From the NCBI GenBank assembly GCA_934277545.1, contig CAKQUG010000005.1, positions 33,588-97,587 of the forward strand: a stretch of 64,000 nt of DNA, given 5' to 3'. Below are positions 19,477 through 28,154 of this stretch, one piece after another. This stretch comes from an uncultured Alphaproteobacteria bacterium. Lineage in GTDB: Bacteria > Pseudomonadota > Alphaproteobacteria > RF32 > CAG-239. The notes beneath the pieces were generated by a model, which saw only the letters and a list, made by a program, of their open reading frames with translations, searched no databases and was not told where the DNA came from. The position numbers were made by a program, and so were the translations under genes. How positions within the stretch are numbered: the stretch's first letter is position 1; each line of letters begins with the position of its first letter.

Positions 19477-20814
19477 ATGTTAAAAAAATCGTTGATTGTT
19501 TACACCTTGATTTTGAGTTTAATTACGAGCTGCGCTACCGCTAAAAATAAGACAGAGCAAGAAGAACAGGTTAACACCTATGAACTTCTTAATTTGTTCG
19601 GCGAAGTTATGGAGCGCACAAAAATGACTTATGTGGAAGAAGTCAGCGACCAAAAACTGATTGAAGCGGCAATAAACGGAATGCTGTCTTCTTTAGATCC
19701 TCACTCCAGCTATTTAACCGCCAAAGACTTTAAATATATGTCAGAACAAACCAAAGGGAAATTCGGCGGCTTGGGTATTCAAATTACCACCGACAACGGT
19801 TTGGTGAAGGTTATTTCGCCGATTGACGACACTCCGGCGGCCAAAGCAGGTATTAAAGCCGGCGATTACATTACCGAAGTTGATGGCAAAACGGTTATTG
19901 GGCAAACTCTTGATGAAGTTGTGGATAAACTCCGCGGCAAAGTCGGATCAAAAGTAAAAGTAACAATTAAACGAGCTAACAAAAAACCGTTTACGGTTAC
20001 GCTCCGCCGCGCCGAAATTAAAGTAGACGCCGTTAAAAGCGCCCTGAAAAATGATGATATTTTATACATCCGCATTTCTTCGTTTAATGAAGATTTAAGT
20101 AAAAATGTGGAAAAAGAAGTTAACAACGCGCAAAAGAAACTCAAGAACAAACTTGCCGGAATTGTATTGGACTTGCGTAATAATCCGGGCGGACTTTTGG
20201 AACAAGCCGTAAATGTTTCTGACCTGTTTTTGGAACAGGGAGAAATAGTTTCAACCCGTTCACGCAATGTTGAAGATACAATTAAATATTCCGCCTCTGC
20301 CGGAGAAATCGCAAAAGGGTTACCTATTGTGGTAATTATTAACGAAGGTTCAGCCTCAGCAGCGGAAATTTTAGCAGGTGCGCTGCAAGACCATCACCGC
20401 GCTGTAATTATCGGCGAAAAATCTTTTGGCAAAGGTTCGGTGCAAACTTTGTCCCCGCTTCCGAACGGCGGCGGTATGCGCTTAACCACGGCACGCTATT
20501 ACACACCGTCGGGACGCTCTATTCAAGCCAAAGGAATTGAGCCGGATATTGAAGTAAAATTAGCAAAAGTTGAAGAAGTTGAAGACACCGGCTGGAACAT
20601 CAGCGAAGCCGACTTAAAAGGTGCACTGAAAAACGAACAGGCCGACAAGAAAAAAACCGATAATAAAAATTCAGACAAACTTTCTGATGAAGATAAAAAA
20701 GACTATCAACTTATCCGAGCTTTGGATTTAGTTAAGGCTTTGTATTTGTATGGGCAAAACGACAATAAAAATGTTTTAAATTTGTCAGAACCGGTGAAAA
20801 AAGGCAAAAAATAA
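19477..20814 (+). CDS. ctpA: Carboxyl-terminal processing protease (S41)
   Basis: 445 aa. Signal peptide, a PDZ domain (GGLGIQITTDNGLVKVISPIDDTPAAKAGIKAGDYI) and the S41 catalytic region (GSASAAEILAGALQD...FGKGSVQT). Confidence 0.9.
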   Translation: MLKKSLIVYTLILSLITSCATAKNKTEQEEQVNTYELLNLFGEVMERTKMTYVEEVSDQKLIEAAINGMLSSLDPHSSYLTAKDFKYMSEQTKGKFGGLGIQITTDNGLVKVISPIDDTPAAKAGIKAGDYITEVDGKTVIGQTLDEVVDKLRGKVGSKVKVTIKRANKKPFTVTLRRAEIKVDAVKSALKNDDILYIRISSFNEDLSKNVEKEVNNAQKKLKNKLAGIVLDLRNNPGGLLEQAVNVSDLFLEQGEIVSTRSRNVEDTIKYSASAGEIAKGLPIVVIINEGSASAAEILAGALQDHHRAVIIGEKSFGKGSVQTLSPLPNGGGMRLTTARYYTPSGRSIQAKGIEPDIEVKLAKVEEVEDTGWNISEADLKGALKNEQADKKKTDNKNSDKLSDEDKKDYQLIRALDLVKALYLYGQNDNKNVLNLSEPVKKGKK

Positions 20815-21290
20815 TGACAGAATGGTTCAGACGCAACGCCGGAATAGTTGTTTTCAGAGCAGATAAAAAGGTTTTACTCTGCCAGCGTAATGATATGGCC
20901 GATTCCTGGCAATTTCCGCAAGGCGGTATTGAAGAAGGAGAAACACCGGAACAAGCAGCGACGCGTGAATTAAAGGAAGAAACGTCTTTAGCCGGATTAA
21001 AACAAATTAAAACATTAAGCGAAGCGGCGCGCTATCATTTTCCGCCGGAAGTAATCGCACAAATGCAAAAGCGAGGCTTTAACAACGCAGGGCAAGACAT
21101 GTATTGGTCGCTGTTTTATTTTGACGGACAAGATTCCGCCATTAACCTGCAAACCGCAGAGCCGGAATTTAAAGCATTTAAATGGGGTACTTTAGAAGAA
21201 GCTGTCGCGCTTGCCGTGGAGTTTAAAAAGCCTGCCTACGAAAAAATGTATCAGGCTTTTAAACCGCTGATTGACAATTATCAAGCCTAA
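20814..21290 (+). CDS. rppH: RNA pyrophosphohydrolase (Nudix)
   Basis: 158 aa. Nudix box GGIEEGETPEQAATRELKEETSL. The start overlaps the ctpA stop (ATGA). Confidence 0.85.
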   Translation: MTEWFRRNAGIVVFRADKKVLLCQRNDMADSWQFPQGGIEEGETPEQAATRELKEETSLAGLKQIKTLSEAARYHFPPEVIAQMQKRGFNNAGQDMYWSLFYFDGQDSAINLQTAEPEFKAFKWGTLEEAVALAVEFKKPAYEKMYQAFKPLIDNYQA

Positions 21291-22000
21291 TCGGCTTTTA
21301 GAAAAATATAAAAAGTTCCGGTTCCTCCTTCTTTAGCAGCAAGCCGACAGGTTTCATTAACCTGTGCCATGGTAGAGGTTTTAAAATTTGCCCGATACCA
21401 AAGATTTTGCCAATTACTGCCGTTCCACTTGTCGGAATCTTTACTGGAAAAAGCCACATTGTTAATTTCCTGCGGAATTTCTTTTGCCACCAGAAAAATG
21501 TTACGACAATAATCCTGCGCCGACAAAGAAAGCCTATCGGTTCCGGCTTTTACGCGTATTCCCATTAAATATTGATACTGCATATAATATGAACCGTCTT
21601 CCCGACGGATTTTTGCTGCCCCATAATTGAAATAAATCATATTATTATCTAAATCATAAAGGTAGTTATTTTTAAAGGTAAAGCCTTCAGGAACAGCTCC
21701 GACAGCGTTAAAAATAGAGGTAATATCGACATTATCTTTTTTCAGTCCGGCTATTAAGTTTGGCTTGAGAGATATAGCATTGGCGATAAGAGAGGCAAGC
21801 GCATGTCTTTGTAAATTTGAATGCCACATCAGCATGGCTTTACTATAACCGGCAATTCCGCCAACGGAAAGCACACCGATAATCGCCAGCACTCCAAGCA
21901 TTTCTATCATACTTCTACCAACCTCGCTCCCCGAGGGTAAGGTCGAGGCGCAAGCCTCGGGTGAAAGGTATTTAAAAACATTATTCAAATTCTTACACAT
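21287..22000 (-). CDS. Type IV pilin/pseudopilin-like protein with an unusually long leader peptide
   Basis: 237 aa. The class III signal is ...SEVG|RSMIEMLGVLAIIGVLSVGGIAGY: a cleavage-site Gly, Glu at +5, and a hydrophobic N-terminal helix. It is preceded by a leader of about 28 residues (MCKNLNNVFKYLSPEACASTLPSGSEVG). The RBS GGAG lies about 10 nt upstream. Confidence 0.7.
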   Translation of the reverse strand: MCKNLNNVFKYLSPEACASTLPSGSEVGRSMIEMLGVLAIIGVLSVGGIAGYSKAMLMWHSNLQRHALASLIANAISLKPNLIAGLKKDNVDITSIFNAVGAVPEGFTFKNNYLYDLDNNMIYFNYGAAKIRREDGSYYMQYQYLMGIRVKAGTDRLSLSAQDYCRNIFLVAKEIPQEINNVAFSSKDSDKWNGSNWQNLWYRANFKTSTMAQVNETCRLAAKEGGTGTFYIFLKAD

Positions 22001-22065
22001 ATTTCTAATTTCTAACTCCGTTTAATTTGTTACCTAAAACAAAACCCGCTAAAAGCGGGCGGATG

Positions 22066-22093
22066 TTGACAAACCGTGAAATATATGTATAAA
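22066..22093 (+). promoter_or_regulatory. Near-consensus sigma70-type promoter facing truA
   Basis: TTGACA (22066-22071), a 16-nt spacer, then TATAAA (22088-22093). Confidence 0.5.
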
Positions 22094-22345
22094 ACGGCTC
22101 GGCTTATTTGGCACATAGCCTTATTTAGCCGACATCCATCCCCCAGAACAGAAGTCGGCATACAATTATTTAAGTCGCTTATGCTCAAAGCGACTACATA
22201 TATTTCAAAGGGTTGTCACGCCCTGACAAGCTCTCACTTATCTGTCTTAATGTTAGCTGTAGTTTTATAAAAAGTAAAGCTGATTTTTGTTTGACTTTTA
22301 AACTTCCCTCGCCTAAGCTGGAAAAAATTTTAAAAAGGGTTGAAA

Positions 22346-23086
22346 ATGCGTTATAAAATTACGGTGGAATATGAGGGAACTCACTTGGTTGGCTGGCAAA
22401 AACAAAAAGACGGCGCCAGTGCGCAAGAATTTTTGGAAAAAGCTATTTTAGGCTTTTCACACCAAGCAACCGAAGTATTCGGCGCCGGGCGCACCGACGC
22501 CGGTGTTCACGCTTTGGCGCAAGTGGCGCATTTTGACTTAAATCTGGATTTAAGCGAATATAAAATAATGGAAAGTCTGAACGCTTTGCTGCGCGAGTTG
22601 CAAGCGCCGGTCAGCGTGTTGCAGGCAGAAAAAGTGTCTGACGATTTTCACGCCCGTTTTTCCGCGGTCGGACGCGGCTATATTTATCGAATTTTAAACC
22701 GCCGCGGTCCCAGTCCTTTGCTAATGGACAGAGTATGGCGCGTACCATATCCGCTGGATATTGAAGCTATGCGACAAGGCGCTAAATATTTGCTGGGATA
22801 CCATGATTTCAGTTCATTCCGCGGAGCCGGCTGTCAGGCGAAAAGTCCGGTAAAAACTTTAGATAAACTTGATATAGAACGCAACGGAGATGAAATTATT
22901 TTTACCGTGGAGGCACGCTCGTTTATTTATCATCAGGTGCGCAATATGGTCGGTACCTTGAAAGAAGTCGGCAACGGACGCCTTAAACCGGAAGACGTCA
23001 AAACCATTTTAGAGGCTTGCGACCGCACTAAAGCCGGTATCAGCGCCCCCGCCTGCGGATTATATTTGAATAAAGTTATGTACTGA
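22346..23086 (+). CDS. truA: tRNA pseudouridine(38-40) synthase
   Basis: MRYKITVEYEGTHLVGWQKQ...GAGRTDAGVHALAQVAHFD; the catalytic Asp lies in RTDAGVHA. ATG 22346 is preferred over the TTG at 22340. Confidence 0.92.
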   Translation: MRYKITVEYEGTHLVGWQKQKDGASAQEFLEKAILGFSHQATEVFGAGRTDAGVHALAQVAHFDLNLDLSEYKIMESLNALLRELQAPVSVLQAEKVSDDFHARFSAVGRGYIYRILNRRGPSPLLMDRVWRVPYPLDIEAMRQGAKYLLGYHDFSSFRGAGCQAKSPVKTLDKLDIERNGDEIIFTVEARSFIYHQVRNMVGTLKEVGNGRLKPEDVKTILEACDRTKAGISAPACGLYLNKVMY

Positions 23087-23180
23087 CCTGATAAAATTAA
23101 GCCTTGCAGAAAAGCAACAAAACTCTTGTACTGTACGCATATTTCCGTTAGTCTAGTGCCAACAGAAGGATTGTAAAAAA

Positions 23181-23828
23181 ATGATTGCTAAATTACGCGG
23201 GCTGATTGACACAATCGGCGATGATTATTGCATTATAGATGTGAACGGCGTGGGCTATCTCGTTTCCGCCTCGTCTAAAACTCTTGGTAAATTGGCTCAG
23301 GGACAGGAAGCCACACTTTTGACCGAAATGGTAGTGCGTGAAGACAGCCTTTCGCTGTTTGGTTTTGCCGACGCTTGGGAAAAAGAATGGTTTACGACTC
23401 TTACAAAAGTTCAGGGAGTCGGCGCTAAAGTTTGTTTGAGCATTCTCTCGGTTTTAACTCCGGCGCAACTTTCTCAAGCTATCAGCGCGCAAGATAAAAC
23501 ATCATTTTGTCGCGCTTCCGGCGTGGGGCCAAAACTTGCCGCCCGCATAGTAACCGAACTCAAAGATAAAATCGTTACAATTCCGGTCGGAATTTCCGGC
23601 ACCAATGCTGATGAAGTTATAGAGGGCTCTCCGGCGGCTCAGGTTGTTTTGCCTAAAGACGCCGATTATTCTAAAAGCGAAGATGTTATTTCGGCTTTGG
23701 TTAATCTGGGCTATCAACGTTTGGAGGCTTATCGCGCCGTATCTAAAGCTGTGGCAGAAAATCCTGACGCCAATGTGCCGACGCTTATCCGACTTGCCTT
23801 AAAAGAATTTGCTCAAAAGGAATTTTAG
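23181..23828 (+). CDS. ruvA: Holliday junction helicase subunit RuvA
   Basis: 215 aa. MIAKLRGLIDTIGDDYCIIDVNGVGYLV...LTKVQGVGAKVCLSIL with HhH motifs. Confidence 0.93.
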   Translation: MIAKLRGLIDTIGDDYCIIDVNGVGYLVSASSKTLGKLAQGQEATLLTEMVVREDSLSLFGFADAWEKEWFTTLTKVQGVGAKVCLSILSVLTPAQLSQAISAQDKTSFCRASGVGPKLAARIVTELKDKIVTIPVGISGTNADEVIEGSPAAQVVLPKDADYSKSEDVISALVNLGYQRLEAYRAVSKAVAENPDANVPTLIRLALKEFAQKEF

Positions 23829-23831
23829 ACC

Positions 23832-24887
23832 ATGAAAGATGATACGCGAATCGTTAGCCCGCAAGCCCAAGCCGAAGATGAACAAATCGGCAACAATCCG
23901 GTTAGTCTGCGTCCGACAAGTTTGGACGACTTTGTGGGACAGCGTGATGTTTGCGACAATTTGAAAGTGTTTATAGCCGCTGCCAAACAACGCGGAGAAG
24001 CGCTTGACCATGTGTTGTTATTCGGTCCTCCGGGACTTGGCAAAACCACGCTTTCTTCTATTGTAGCCAAAGAACTGGGCGTAGGTTTCCGCGCCACTTC
24101 GGCACCGATGATTTCTAAATCCGGCGATTTAGCGGCGATTTTGACTAATCTGGAACGCAACGACGTGTTGTTTATTGATGAAATCCACCGCTTAAATCCG
24201 GCTATTGAAGAAGTCTTATATTCAGCAATGGAAGATTTTCAGCTGGACTTGATTATCGGCGAAGGACCTTCCGCCCGCTCGGTGCGCATAGACCTACAAC
24301 CTTTCACATTGGTTGGCGCCACCACTCGTTCCGGCTTGCTTTCCACCCCGTTGCGTGAACGTTTTGGCATCCCTTTGCGCTTAGATTTTTATTCGCATGA
24401 AGACTTAAAAAAAATCGTGCAGCGTAACGCAAAACTTTTAAACATAGAAATTTCAGAAGACGGAGCTATGGAAATTGCCAAACGTTCGCGCGGAACACCA
24501 CGTATCGCCGGACGCTTGTTGCGCCGCGTGCGCGACTTTGGTGCGGTTTCAGCCCAAAAAATTATAGACTCGCGTATTTCCGACTTAGCTTTGAAACGCC
24601 TGGATGTTGATGACTTTGGGCTTGACGCTTTTGACCGCCGCTATTTGAATTGCATTGTCAAAAACTACGGCGGAGGTCCGGTCGGAGCCGATACTTTGGC
24701 GGCCGCTCTTTCGGAAGAACGCGACACTATTGAAGAAGTTGTGGAGCCGTTTTTGCTGAAACTCGGATTTCTACAGCGCACACCGCGTGGGCGTATTATC
24801 TCACAGCTCGGGTATCGTTATTTAGGCGTCAATATGCCGGCAAAACAAACCAAACAGTATGAACTTTTGGAAACTTTGGAGGATTAG
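23832..24887 (+). CDS. ruvB: Holliday junction helicase subunit RuvB
   Basis: 351 aa. AAA+ Walker [10 protein letters not shown], Walker [10 protein letters not shown], and the RuvB C-terminal winged helix. Confidence 0.95.
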   Translation: MKDDTRIVSPQAQAEDEQIGNNPVSLRPTSLDDFVGQRDVCDNLKVFIAAAKQRGEALDHVLLFGPPGLGKTTLSSIVAKELGVGFRATSAPMISKSGDLAAILTNLERNDVLFIDEIHRLNPAIEEVLYSAMEDFQLDLIIGEGPSARSVRIDLQPFTLVGATTRSGLLSTPLRERFGIPLRLDFYSHEDLKKIVQRNAKLLNIEISEDGAMEIAKRSRGTPRIAGRLLRRVRDFGAVSAQKIIDSRISDLALKRLDVDDFGLDAFDRRYLNCIVKNYGGGPVGADTLAAALSEERDTIEEVVEPFLLKLGFLQRTPRGRIISQLGYRYLGVNMPAKQTKQYELLETLED

Positions 24888-24890
24888 ACA

Positions 24891-25334
24891 ATGTTTGAAA
24901 ATACACTCCCTGCTTTGGGACAAATAGAAAACAAAATTTTCGCTTATCCGGTGCGTGTTTATTATGAAGATACCGATGCCGGCGGAATTGTTTATTATGC
25001 CAATTACCTAAAGTTTGCCGAACGCGCTCGCACAGAGTTTATTCGCACATTGGGAGTTAATCAGGAAAAAAATCTGGAAGTCGGGCAGACCGGATTTGTA
25101 GTTCGCTCCTGCAATATTGACTATATTGCCTCGGCTCGTTTAGATGATGCGTTGGTTGTTACCTGCAAAATTTTAGAAGTCGGCGGCGCCAGTTTGCGTG
25201 TGTTGCAAGAAATTTACCGCGGCGACACACTACTGACAAAAATTGAAGTAAAACTCATTCACATGAGTTTAGCTTTAAAAAGACCGGTTAGAATTGACGC
25301 AGATTTAAGCGCTAAAATCAAAGAATTGCTTTAA
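24891..25334 (+). CDS. ybgC: Tol-Pal-associated acyl-CoA thioesterase YbgC (4HBT fold)
   Basis: 147 aa. YPVRVYYEDTDAGGIVYYANYLKF hotdog-fold motif. It directly follows ruvB, as in other proteobacteria. Confidence 0.85.
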   Translation: MFENTLPALGQIENKIFAYPVRVYYEDTDAGGIVYYANYLKFAERARTEFIRTLGVNQEKNLEVGQTGFVVRSCNIDYIASARLDDALVVTCKILEVGGASLRVLQEIYRGDTLLTKIEVKLIHMSLALKRPVRIDADLSAKIKELL

Positions 25335-26053
25335 TCCATACTCACGCCATAATGGTGTTCGCCAAATTTACGCACTTCGTCTTGCGGAGTAAATAAAAAG
25401 TAATAATAACGAATATTTGAAGCTGCTTGAGTTGTGTTTTTTTGGCGGAGACGCTTCCAAATTTCCTGCTTGTGATTCCATTGGTTGTAAGAGCGGCTTC
25501 CTTTAACTGCAACTTTCTGCATAGCCATCCATGTTGTGTCAATATAATAAGTATAACCGTTAATATTTACGGCATTCCAAGCATGACCGGTTCCAAGTTG
25601 CCGAGGATTATATATTTGCTGCAACCGTTTGGTTTTTACAACAAAACCTGAAACAATTCTAACTCCCCGTATTCCGGCATATAACGACATTTCTTGAAAC
25701 AACATGGCAAAATCGCCGCAAATACCTGTTCTCGCCTTAAAAACATCATAATGGTATTTCTTATTTTTTAAATTCGGCACCTTGTCAAATTTGTAGCTGT
25801 CATAGGCGATATGGGTTGCTATCCAGTAGGCAATCGCCTGCATTTTTTCTATTTTATTATCAAACGGTTTAGCCAGATAAACAGCAAGTGAACGAGGATT
25901 TTCAGAAACATATTGCGGAGCGTTCTTAGCATATCGCAAAATTTGTTGTTGACGAATACTGCTTTGTTTGATAAGCGGCTGTTCTTTGGCAAAAACCGGA
26001 GACACAGCAAAAAAAAGAACTGTTACAAACCACCAAAGTTTCTTCATTTTCAT
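25331..26053 (-). CDS. Secreted transglutaminase-like cysteine peptidase superfamily protein
   Basis: 240 aa. Signal peptide MKMKKLWWFVTVLFFAVSPVFA. Cys-His-Asp triad candidates: GICGDFAML, GHAWNAV, YYIDTTW. Confidence 0.65.
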   Translation of the reverse strand: MKMKKLWWFVTVLFFAVSPVFAKEQPLIKQSSIRQQQILRYAKNAPQYVSENPRSLAVYLAKPFDNKIEKMQAIAYWIATHIAYDSYKFDKVPNLKNKKYHYDVFKARTGICGDFAMLFQEMSLYAGIRGVRIVSGFVVKTKRLQQIYNPRQLGTGHAWNAVNINGYTYYIDTTWMAMQKVAVKGSRSYNQWNHKQEIWKRLRQKNTTQAASNIRYYYFLFTPQDEVRKFGEHHYGVSMD

Positions 26054-27579
26054 CCCTGTTTGGTCAGTTCAGGCTTAATTGCCGTAAATATGTAGCCGTA
26101 AACAGGACTTTCAGCCTCGTTTCGCAGAATGTGGCGTTCGCAGTTTATAATTTTTAAACCGGTGCTTTTCAGAGCTTTTTCCACATAATTCGGATTATGC
26201 ACAAAACGACCGCTCGGAGCCATAAAGAAATCATCGTCATTGTAATGATTTTCGGTTACCGAAAAAAAGAACATTCCGTTCGGTGTTAATGATTTTGAAA
26301 CTCTGACAAAAACTTTTGTTAAATCTCCAAAATAAGTAAGCACATCAGACGCAATAATTACATGAAAATAATACTCGGTTGTTTCCATATAATGACAAAT
26401 ATCATCGCACAAAAGTTGAGCATAAATTTTTTTTGCCCGCGCCACCTCAAGCATTTTTTCAGACAAATCAACCCCGATAAGCCCTTTACGAGAAGCAAAC
26501 TTTTTCATTTTTTCACCGCACAAGCCTGTGCCGCAACCAAGGTCTAAGATGTGATAACCTTTAAAAACCGAAGTTTTAAGATGTTTAGCCGCCTCATTTT
26601 CAATTAAAGCCGGAGCCTGATAGTCTAATGACTTCAACGTATCATCAAAATCTTGGGCAAACGAATCAAACGTAGCCTTAATAAAATGACTATCGGAATT
26701 TAAAAGCGCGTGTCCGTTTGTTAACGCACAAGCCATGTGTTGCACAATCTTATTATCCGGGAAAAAGTTAAGCCATTTAGATGCGTATTTTTTTGCTAAC
26801 TCTTCACTTTTTTCAGAATAACACTCATAAAGCAGATAACCAAAATTCAAATTTACATCATCGGTTTGTTCGGGGGCTGTCTTTACATATTTCCAGGCAA
26901 AAACAATGCAATTTTCCCAATCATTTAGATTACGGTAAGTTTCACTTAAAGCATTTAAAACCTCTCGATTATGCTCATCTAATTCATAGGCCCGTAAATA
27001 TTTATCTATGGCTTTTTCATATTTCTGCATAGCGGCGAGAGCATTACCGGAAATCATGTTGGCAACCACGCTTGACGGATGCCGTTCTAAAGATTTTTTT
27101 GCAAATTCCAACGCTAAAACATACTTACCCAACGAATAGTAGGTGTTGGCAAGGTTAATCATGGCAATATAACTGTTATTGTTCTGCTCGTACATTTTTT
27201 GATAATAAGTAAGAGCGTCTTCATAATTGCCACGGCAAAAAGCGATGTTTGCCAAATTTTGCCAAGCAGTCATATTATTTGGATTTAGATTAAGAGCTTT
27301 ATTGGCAAAATCCGATGATTTATCATATTCGCCAATTTCATAATTTATGGTAGAAAGATTTAACAGCGCCGCTTCAGAGCTTTTATTCAATTTCAAAGCA
27401 TGTGTATAAAATTCAATTGCTTTTTCTTTATCACCAAGCGAATCATAACAGTTACCGCAAGCAATCGCATATTTTTCCACCTTTGGATTACCTTGTAACA
27501 AAAGTTGGTAAATTTCCAAAGCTCTTTGAAATTGTTTCTCGCCAAATAAAACCGAAGCCTGATGCTCTAAATTTTCCAC
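26050..27579 (-). CDS. TPR-repeat protein fused to a class I SAM-dependent methyltransferase (COG4976-like)
   Basis: 509 aa. The N-terminal roughly 270 aa are TPR repeats (AIEFYTHALKLN..., ALTYYQKMYEQN...). The C-terminal domain carries methyltransferase motif I, ILDLGCGTGLCG. The stop overlaps the start of the downstream gene by 4 nt. Confidence 0.75.
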   Translation of the reverse strand: MENLEHQASVLFGEKQFQRALEIYQLLLQGNPKVEKYAIACGNCYDSLGDKEKAIEFYTHALKLNKSSEAALLNLSTINYEIGEYDKSSDFANKALNLNPNNMTAWQNLANIAFCRGNYEDALTYYQKMYEQNNNSYIAMINLANTYYSLGKYVLALEFAKKSLERHPSSVVANMISGNALAAMQKYEKAIDKYLRAYELDEHNREVLNALSETYRNLNDWENCIVFAWKYVKTAPEQTDDVNLNFGYLLYECYSEKSEELAKKYASKWLNFFPDNKIVQHMACALTNGHALLNSDSHFIKATFDSFAQDFDDTLKSLDYQAPALIENEAAKHLKTSVFKGYHILDLGCGTGLCGEKMKKFASRKGLIGVDLSEKMLEVARAKKIYAQLLCDDICHYMETTEYYFHVIIASDVLTYFGDLTKVFVRVSKSLTPNGMFFFSVTENHYNDDDFFMAPSGRFVHNPNYVEKALKSTGLKIINCERHILRNEAESPVYGYIFTAIKPELTKQG

Positions 27580-27717
27580 TGTAACCTCAATTTTTTATCA
27601 ACTGGCAGAGAGTATAACATAGGCTGACATAAAATAAAAGGAAAAATATTTACAAAAATACAAAAAAAGTATTGACTCATAAAAAAATATACTGTAATAA
27701 CGTAGTGTAATTTTTAT

Positions 27718-27804
27718 GGGGTTGTGGCGGAATTGGTAGACGCGCCAGACTCAAAATCTGGTGGCAGCAATGTCTTGAGAGTTCGATTCTCTCCGGCCCT
27801 ACCA
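27718..27804 (+). tRNA. tRNA-Leu (anticodon CAA), class II with a long variable arm
   Basis: 87 nt. D-arm GCGGAATTGGTAGACGC. Anticodon stem-loop CCAGA-CTCAAAA-TCTGG gives anticodon CAA. T-arm GAGAG-TTCGATT-CTCTC, followed by the 3' acceptor strand CGGCCCT, discriminator A and an encoded CCA. The acceptor stem GGGGTTG/CGGCCCT needs three G-U pairs. Confidence 0.8.
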
Positions 27805-27810
27805 TAAAAC

Positions 27811-27850
27811 TAAAAACACTCATTCGAAAGAATGGGTGTTTTTTTGTTTT
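27811..27850 (+). terminator. Rho-independent terminator after tRNA-Leu
   Basis: Hairpin aacactcattc-gaaa-gaatgggtgtt followed by TTTTTTTGTTTT. Confidence 0.75.
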
Positions 27851-27988
27851 AAAGCCGGAAGAAGCGAACTCGATAAGAGAGTTCGAAGCGGATAGCCGGC
27901 AAAACCGAGCAATTGCGATGGTTGAGCCGTTGCGACGCGAAAGGCACTGCTCGCAGCAAACTTGTTTGCAAGAGTAGGAATATAACAA

Positions 27989-28050
27989 GCTCTCCGGCCC
28001 TACCATAAAATTAACACACTCATTCGCAAGAATGGGTGTGTTTTCGTTTT
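27989..28050 (+). repeat. Imperfect direct repeat of the tRNA-Leu 3' end plus terminator (second copy)
   Basis: ctctccggccctaccataaaa at 27990-28010 is identical to 27789-27809, the T-arm 3' half, acceptor strand and CCA. It is followed by a diverged copy of the terminator hairpin (acactcattcgcaagaatgggtgtgttttcgtttt versus acactcattcgaaagaatgggtgtttttttgtttt). Confidence 0.85.
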
Positions 28051-28154
28051 AAACGACTTTGTAAAACAACCGTTTCATTCGGAATGTTTTATAATTTAAT
28101 GCCCTACATTTTCGTTTTTGCCACTTAAATAGTTTTTGTCTTTTAGCAACACCT

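Noticed and set aside
22108-22124. TGGCAC-N5-CTTAT resembling the -24 element of a sigma-54 promoter.
   Set aside because: The -12 GC element is missing at the required spacing (CTTA instead of TTGC). It is also oriented toward truA rather than the pilin gene.
22076-22270. 64-aa ORF in the pilin/truA intergenic region.
   Set aside because: No RBS. The sequence is better explained as structured RNA (stem-loops) than as protein. It is treated instead as a candidate ncRNA or leader.
27677-28006. 109-aa minus-strand ORF covering the tRNA-Leu and the repeat region.
   Set aside because: It is antisense to a clear tRNA and terminator hairpins. Its repeated MVGPE segments simply reflect the DNA direct repeat.
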